The notes under the pieces were generated by a model. It did not search any database and was not told the origin of the DNA. It saw only the letters and a program-made list of their open reading frames with translations. The translations under genes were made by a program, and so were the position numbers. Source: Gekko japonicus (lineage: Eukaryota). From it: 64,000 nucleotides of DNA. The stretch covers positions 266,233-330,232 of the forward strand of contig NW_015170908.1 of the NCBI RefSeq assembly GCF_001447785.1. The letters run 5' to 3'. Position 1 is the stretch's first letter, and every line of letters begins with the position of its first letter. Below, one piece after another: positions 57,801 through 64,000 of this stretch.

Positions 57801-60800
57801 TGGTTCTTAGCCTGCAGGCGGTGGCTAGCATTCTCCTGGGATTACGACTGATCTCTAAGCAGCAGAGATCAGTTCACCGGGAGAAAAATGGCCGCTTTGG
57901 AAAGTGGACTCTGTGGCATTCTACCCCACCGAGGTCCCTCCTCTCCCCAAACCCTGCCCTCCTTAGGCTCNNNNNNNNNNNNNNNNNNNNNNNNNNNNNN
58001 NNNNNNNNNNNNNNNNNNNNNNNNNNNNNNNNNNNNNNNNNNNNNNNNNNNNNNNNNNNNNNNNNNNNNNNNNNNNNNNNNNNNNNNNNNNNNNNNNNNN
58101 NNNNNNNNNNNNNNNNNNNNNNNNNNNNNNNNNNNNNNNNNNNNNNNNNNNNNNNNNNNNNNNNNNNNNNNNNNNNNNNNNNNNNNNNNNNNNNNNNNNN
58201 NNNNNNNNNNNNNNNNNNNNNNNNNNNNNNNNNNNNNNNNNNNNNNNNNNNNNNNNNNNNNNNNNNNNNNNNNNNNNNNNNNNNNNNNNNNNNNNNNNNN
58301 NNNNNNGGGCGGGGCTTCGTCATGTGCCCCGCCCCCGTACCTCACCCGGGGGAACTGCGATCCCCCGCGTTCCCCCCCGAAATGACCTCTGCTTGGACCT
58401 GGAAATCCCACTCTCCACCCATCCACATTGGTCCATCAATTCATCCTCCACTTACCTACCTATTTGTCCATTCCTCCAGGGGTCGCCAGCCTCCAGTGGG
58501 GGCTGGAAACCCCCCAGAATTACCGCCGATCTCCAGACGACATAGATAGCTTATTATTTACTCAAACCATTTATTCCACTTCTCCTGGAGAAAAGGGCTA
58601 CTTTGGAAGGTGGACTGCGTGGACTGCAATATACCCTACTGAGGTCCCTCCCCTCCCTAAATCCCGCCCTCCCAGGCTCGACCCTCAAATCCCCAGGTAT
58701 TTTCGAACCCAGAGCTGACAACCCTAATTCCACTGTATGTCTCATCTTCTATCGGTCCGAGTCATCCGTCTCTGTCCACGAGTCCATTTCATCTATCTCT
58801 CCATGTGTCTGTCCATCCATCCGTCATCTCTATATGCCCATTCCCAAAAGTTGGTCGCTTGATGGAACATTGGAAACCAATGCATGCAGACCAGGGGTCA
58901 TTTCGTAGAAAAAGAGGTGCAGGAGCGCATTAGCATAACTTATTTGCATAACTTATTTGCATGTGCCACACCCCCTGACATCACCGGAAGTGTGTCAGAA
59001 GGCAACACCCACCGCTCAGGCTCCACTGGATTGTTTTGGATTGCTAGCTATTGGGGGCGGGGGGGAACGTGCAGATCTGCTCTCACAGAGGAGGGAGAGC
59101 TTGTACCTGAATAAAACTTGGTCTTAAAGGTGTGCCACTGGATTGTTTTGGATTGCTGGCTGGGGGGGGGGAACGCGCAGATCTGTCCTCACAGAGGAGG
59201 GAGAGCTTGTACCTGAAGGCGGGGGGGGGCTCTGCAACTTACCTGGCTGCTTCTTGCTCCTCGTGGCCTGACTGAGGGCTGTTGGGAGGGGGGGCTTGTT
59301 GCATGTGCCCACCCCCTGGGCTCCTTACTGCCGGAGCTCCGCTTCTGTGCGCTCCCGCAGGAAATGACCCCTGACGCAGACAATCCTACGATATGCAAAT
59401 GAATGGGGGGAGCTATGTAGATTATATCAGGCTTGGTTCTCAATGAGTAGGGTGGCCAAGGCCAAGGGACAACTGCCCTTGGGCCCAAACCTACCTAATA
59501 ATAAAAATAGGCCCTCAGTTCCAGTGGTGTCTGTAACCCTATCCTCATAACTACATTCCAGATTCACGTAACAGTCATCTCCCGTTTTGTTTGCTCAAGA
59601 TATGAGCAGTCTAGGCATGCTCAGAATCCCCTCTGCAGTTTCCAGGGCTTTCAAAGATACGTTTTAAAAGGGGAGATGCAATTGCATTAAGTTTAACACA
59701 CACACACACCGAGTCCACAATGGCCGTAGAAGACAATTCTTATCAATAGCTGGAGACTTACAGGGATGTTCTGCTAAAATGGAATCATAGGGGTCACAGG
59801 TCTTGATGCCGTCCTTCAAGTTGCTGACGCACTCCCTCCAAAGCCCCCGACACTTGTGGCTGACCTGCATGGGAACACAGAAGGGGTAGAAGGGATCTAC
59901 AAGGATAGTTTGAGACGTTGCCAGGGCTGGCCCCATGGGGGAACCTAGACTCAACTCAGGATCATCCATTCCCCCCCCCCCAAGAGTCAGCTCCACCATC
60001 TTGCCTCTTGCTTATGCAGAACCTGGCCAAACTGGAGGTAATTCATGAATTAAATGACAACATCTCCCAAAGTCCTTTGCAATAAGCACAAGGAACTCTG
60101 GGATTTTCTGCCTCCCTCAGAGGGCTGCCCTAATCCAGGAGGGCCCCTCTGATGTAAACTGGAGACCGTCGTGCTGTACGCGAATGCCGAAAGCCAAAGA
60201 ACATTGGTTTTCATAGAAGAATTTGTTGATTGGTTTTTTTTAAATTTAACAGATTTCTATCCTACTTTTCCATTCAAAAAGCCTTCAAAGCATTTTACAA
60301 TCAAACCATTAAAACCGCAATAAATCCTTTATAAACAGAGGGAATGCCAAAGGGGAAGAAGCAGTGCAGGGGTCCCCAACCTTTTTGAGCCTGTGGGCAA
60401 CTTTGGAACTCTGACGTGGCGTGGTAAGCGCCGCCACAAAATGGCTGCTGCAGGAGGTGGAGCCAGCCACGAAATGGCTGCCGCAGGAGGTGGAGCCAGC
60501 CACGAAATGGCTGCCGCAGGAGGTGGAGCCAGCCACGAAATGGCTGCCGCAGGAGGTGGAGCCAGCCACGAAATGGCTGCCGCAGGAGGTGGAGCCAGCC
60601 ACGAAATGGCTGCCGCAGGAGGTGGAGCCAGCCACGAAATGGCTGCCGCAGGAGGTGGAGCCAGCCACGAAATGGCTGCCGCAGGAGGTGGAGCCAGCCA
60701 CAAAACGGCTGCTGCAGCTTTCCCTTCAGTCGCACAGTAAAGATCCTTGTGCTGTGGTGGCTGCTGCTGTCCAACCAACGTTTTCAATAATCTGCACAGC

Positions 60801-61590
60801 CAGTTAAATCTACGAACCAAAAAGGGCTATTTATTAAGGTGTACACATGTTAAGACTTTCCTGATTAAAAATTGCTTTGTCTGAGATCAGACTATAAAAG
60901 CTTATCCTCTATACATACATATGATGGGTAAATACTTTACAACTGAAGACCAAACGTGTTTCGGCCCCTAAGGGCCTTCCTCGGTGGTCACTATTATCTA
61001 TATATTCTAGACACACATTCAAAGACCTGTTACAGAGTTTTAGTACACATATAATTTAACCAGATGTTGTTTCCTTGTATACTTATAATTGGACTTCTGG
61101 TATTAGTGATGGGCCATAGGTATCGCCAAATCACCTCCACAACTTATTCTGGTAACAGCGATTTTGTAGGTCTGAATGTGTGTCACTCCATCAAGGTGAA
61201 AATCTCCAGTGGCCAGTAAGAAGCCTTGTTGGGCAAAGGCCCCGCCTGGCTCTGCCCACTTTCTTAAAACACCTGGTGGGTGCCATGCTGCCCAGGCCAG
61301 AGGCACCACGTTGGGGACCCCTGAAGCAGAACCTACTAGCAATTGCTCCAGTGGGGCCGAAAGGGGTGCAGAAGAGTCACGTTTTGCTCTGTTCCCCCTT
61401 CCAATCCTGAAGGAAGTGTCCGTAGGGTGTTGACGGCCCCCTTGAATCTGGGCCTGCCGCTACCCATTTTGCTCACCTCTAAGCTGTCGTCGACATTCAC
61501 CATCCAGCAATCAGTCCAAGTGGCTGCCACCAGGAAGAGGGTGGAGACGAAAGCCATGGAGAAAGACACCATCTGCACCAGCGCAGCCAT
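54779..61590 (-). CDS. CLDN16: Claudin-16-like protein, 5 exons, 220-221 aa (orthologue vs paralogue unresolved)
   Basis: Exons 61590-61477, 59864-59762, 56717-56553, 55545-55354, 54867(or 54870)-54779. [16 protein letters not shown]|[13 protein letters not shown]...[35 protein letters not shown] and C-terminal KMYAVASRV closely follow CLDN16. Confidence 0.9.
55354..55545 (-). CDS. Claudin-16-like exon 4
   Basis: [63 protein letters not shown], 192 nt. Confidence 0.93.
56553..56717 (-). CDS. Claudin-16-like exon 3
   Basis: [18 protein letters not shown]...[17 protein letters not shown]..., 165 nt. Confidence 0.93.
59762..59864 (-). CDS. Claudin-16-like exon 2
   Basis: [34 protein letters not shown], 103 nt. 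Confidence 0.93.
60439..60716. repeat. 33-bp minisatellite, ~8 near-identical units
   Basis: Unit aaatggctgccgcaggaggtggagccagccacg. Confidence 0.95.
60948..60989 (-). ncRNA. Minimal Penelope-type hammerhead ribozyme motif (core variant)
   Basis: GACCA CCGAGGA A GGCCC TTA GGGGCC GAAAC ACGT T TGGTC: stem I, CUGANGA-like core (U4C), stem II, GAAA. Confidence 0.6.
61477..61590 (-). CDS. Claudin-16-like exon 1
   Basis: [38 protein letters not shown]|gtgag, 114 nt. Confidence 0.92.
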
Positions 61591-62541
61591 GTGGAGAGCT
61601 CTGGAAGGCCAGAACAGGAGCATGAGGCTCTTGGCTGGTTTAAACCACAGTGTTTCACGGCCACCACGACCTCCAAAGAATCCTGGTATCATGGTGATCT
61701 CACTCCCAATCAATGCTCCCTCTGAGCTGTGGAGTCTTGTGAGCAAAAATTCTACTGTGCATCAGGGGTCATGCCGTAGAAAAAGAGGTGTAGAAGCTCA
61801 TTAGCATAACTCATTAGCATAACTTATTTGCATATGCCACACCCCCTGACATCACCGGAAGTGTGCCAAAAGGCAACACCCACCGCTCAGGCTCCACTGG
61901 ACTGTTTTGGATTGCTAGCTATGGGGGGGGGGGCACATGTGCAGATCTGTCTTCACAGAGGAGGGAGAGCTTGTACCTGAATAAAACTTGGTCTTAAAGG
62001 TGCCACTGGACTGTTTTGGACCGGGGGGGGGCAGGGGGGCTCTGCAGTGATAGGGATGCCAACTTCCAGGTTGGGCCTGGAGACCTCCCAGTAGTACAAT
62101 TGATCTCCAGATGATAGAGCTCAGTTCCCCTGGAGAAAATGGCTGCTTTGGAGGGTGGATTCTATGGCGTTGTACCCTGATGAGATCTCTCCCCTCACCG
62201 AGCCCCAGCCTCCCCAGGCTCCACCCCCAAATCTCCAGGTATTTCCCAACCCAGAGCTGTTGGCATGCAGAAGGTCCCAGGTTCTATCCCCGGCATCTCT
62301 AGTTAAAGGATCAGGGAGCAGGTGATGTGAAAGACCTCCCCCTGAGATACTAGAGAGCTACTACTGGGTCAGAGTAGACAATACGGACCTCGATGGGCCA
62401 ATGGCCTGATTCAGTATGAGGAAGTATGATTGCATTGATGGGGCCTTGCTTTACACACACCACTGACTAAGATGAGAGATTCTAAGCCTATGAGTCTGGG
62501 GGATCTGATGTCATTCTCCAAATTAGGACTGTCTCTGATGG

Positions 62542-62890
62542 TGCTGCGGTGCCTCAGGTGGTTAAGACACTGAACTGCAGGCTGTGGAAGGTCAGTAGTT
62601 CAGCAGTTCGAGACCCGAGTGTGCCGCATGACGGAGTGAGCTCCCGTCTCTAGTTCCAGCTCCTGCCAACCTAGCAGTTCGAAAGCAAGAAATTGCAAGT
62701 AGATAAATAGGTACCACTTCGGTGGGAAGTGCACAGGTTTCCGTGCGCCTTGGTGTTTAGTCATGCCGGCCACATGACCACGGAAACGTCTTCGGACAGC
62801 GCTGGCTCTTCAGCTTTGAAATGGAGGTGAGCACTGCAACCCTAGAGTCAGATTCGACTTGCTTTCGAGCAAGGGAACCTTTACCTTTTA
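62542..62890 (+). mobile_element. Sauria SINE; another begins ~63957 and runs off the window
   Basis: Head, body and ACCTTT tail. Confidence 0.85.
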
Positions 62891-64000
62891 CTGATGGTGA
62901 AATATCACACACGGTGTCAGAAGTGAATGAATGGGTGAGTCCGTCTCATTTATCCACCCCTGAGCCAACACTCAAAATCAATATTTTTTAAAAGCCAATC
63001 TCCTCTAATGACCACTTGAAAGAAGTGGAGTTATGGAAGTGGGAAAACAAATCTTTTTTTTTTTTTTAAAAACACCCCGAGATTTCCTTCGTGCAACGAG
63101 AAGTCAAAAACAACGTTAATCTGAATGACTGGGGCAGAACTGCGTGCAACTTATTTTTGTTTCAGTGGTCCAATCAGAAACTGCTCGAGTCAATTAAAAA
63201 TCACATGCTGAGAACATGAAGGAATGCTCTGAAGCACACTCCAGCATTTGGCCAATTTCAGCTGCGGTCTGGAGGTATTTGGGTAGATTTAAAAAATTAA
63301 GTAAAGTTAGCCTTGTAGTATTGTAAAGAAAAATCGCCTTGCAGATTTAGGTCAATGGGGTACACGGCATTTAAAGCCGTTCATCTTTTTTTTAAATGTA
63401 TGTGAAGCTGCCTTAGATCAAGGACAGACTATGGTCTGACTAGCTTGTCCACTTTACACAAGAGATGCCCTGCGGGATCAGCCAGTGGTCCATCCAACTC
63501 CAGCATCCTGTTTCACACTGTGGCCAACCAGTTCTCCCAGGGTGATAACTTAGAGACCAGAGTCTTCGCCTTTAGAATTGGAGTTCAGAGTTTGACTACC
63601 TCTGGATGTGAAGGTTCTTTTTAGTCACAATGGCTAATAGCTAATAGCCATTGACGGACCTATCCCCCTAATCCCTGTCTAAAAGACATCTAGGCTTATG
63701 GCCGTCACTATGTCCAGTGGCAGTGAATAGACTGTGATAGGCAGCAGCATTTGAAAATGGGAGAGAGGAAAGAAAGGATGAAAGACCCCTGTGATTTTGT
63801 CTCCTGTTCCCCAATAGTAGATGGGCATCTTTCTCCAACCCCTCCCTGCATTTTAGAGTTCCCCGTGAATTTGGTCTCCTTTCAACACAGAATCAATGCA
63901 TTAGGAATCACCCATTTCCTTATTTCCATGTTTTGTACAGAGTACTGGGGGTGCAAGGAGCTGCGGTGGCTCAAGTGGTTAAGACGCTGAACTGCAGGCT

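Larger units (their letters stand above)
60367..61323. mobile_element. hAT-type element containing a 33-bp minisatellite and a Penelope-like insert
   Basis: TIR CAGGGGTCCCCAAC/GTTGGGGACCCCTG, flanks aagcagtg/aagcagaa. Confidence 0.75.

Noticed and set aside
60301-60820. Five overlapping repetitive ORFs
   Set aside because: Artefact of a stop-free 33-bp minisatellite.

Overview
Vertebrate (squamate, probably gecko) genomic DNA, repeat-rich, with three N gaps (26354-26370, 47849-48168, 57971-58306). Four intron-containing genes could be rebuilt by hand from GT-AG junctions and frame continuity. (1) A minus-strand Gfo/Idh/MocA-family oxidoreductase (five 5' exons, 10441->2456, continuing off the window). 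It has a CCAAT/GC-box promoter and an in-frame 42-aa N-terminal extension starting MGGAAS (myristoylation consensus). (2) SLC45A1 on the minus strand (8 coding exons, 38390->15303) with a 1-bp frameshift in coding exon 3. (3) A divergent 5-exon claudin-16-related gene on the plus strand (43759->53844). (4) A convergent 5-exon claudin-16-like gene on the minus strand (61590->54779). The two claudin 3' ends are separated by a 6-copy tandem array. Repeats include Sauria SINEs, Squam3-like, tRNA- and 5S-derived SINEs, Bov-B, CR1 and RTE-X-like fragments, several hAT MITE families with 8-bp TSDs (two of them carry clustered octamer and KLF motifs), a non-autonomous Helitron, and Penelope-type remnants with hammerhead motifs. 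Most ORFs in the supplied track are spurious. Repeat family names come from recognition, not a database search, and repeat boundaries without a TSD are approximate.
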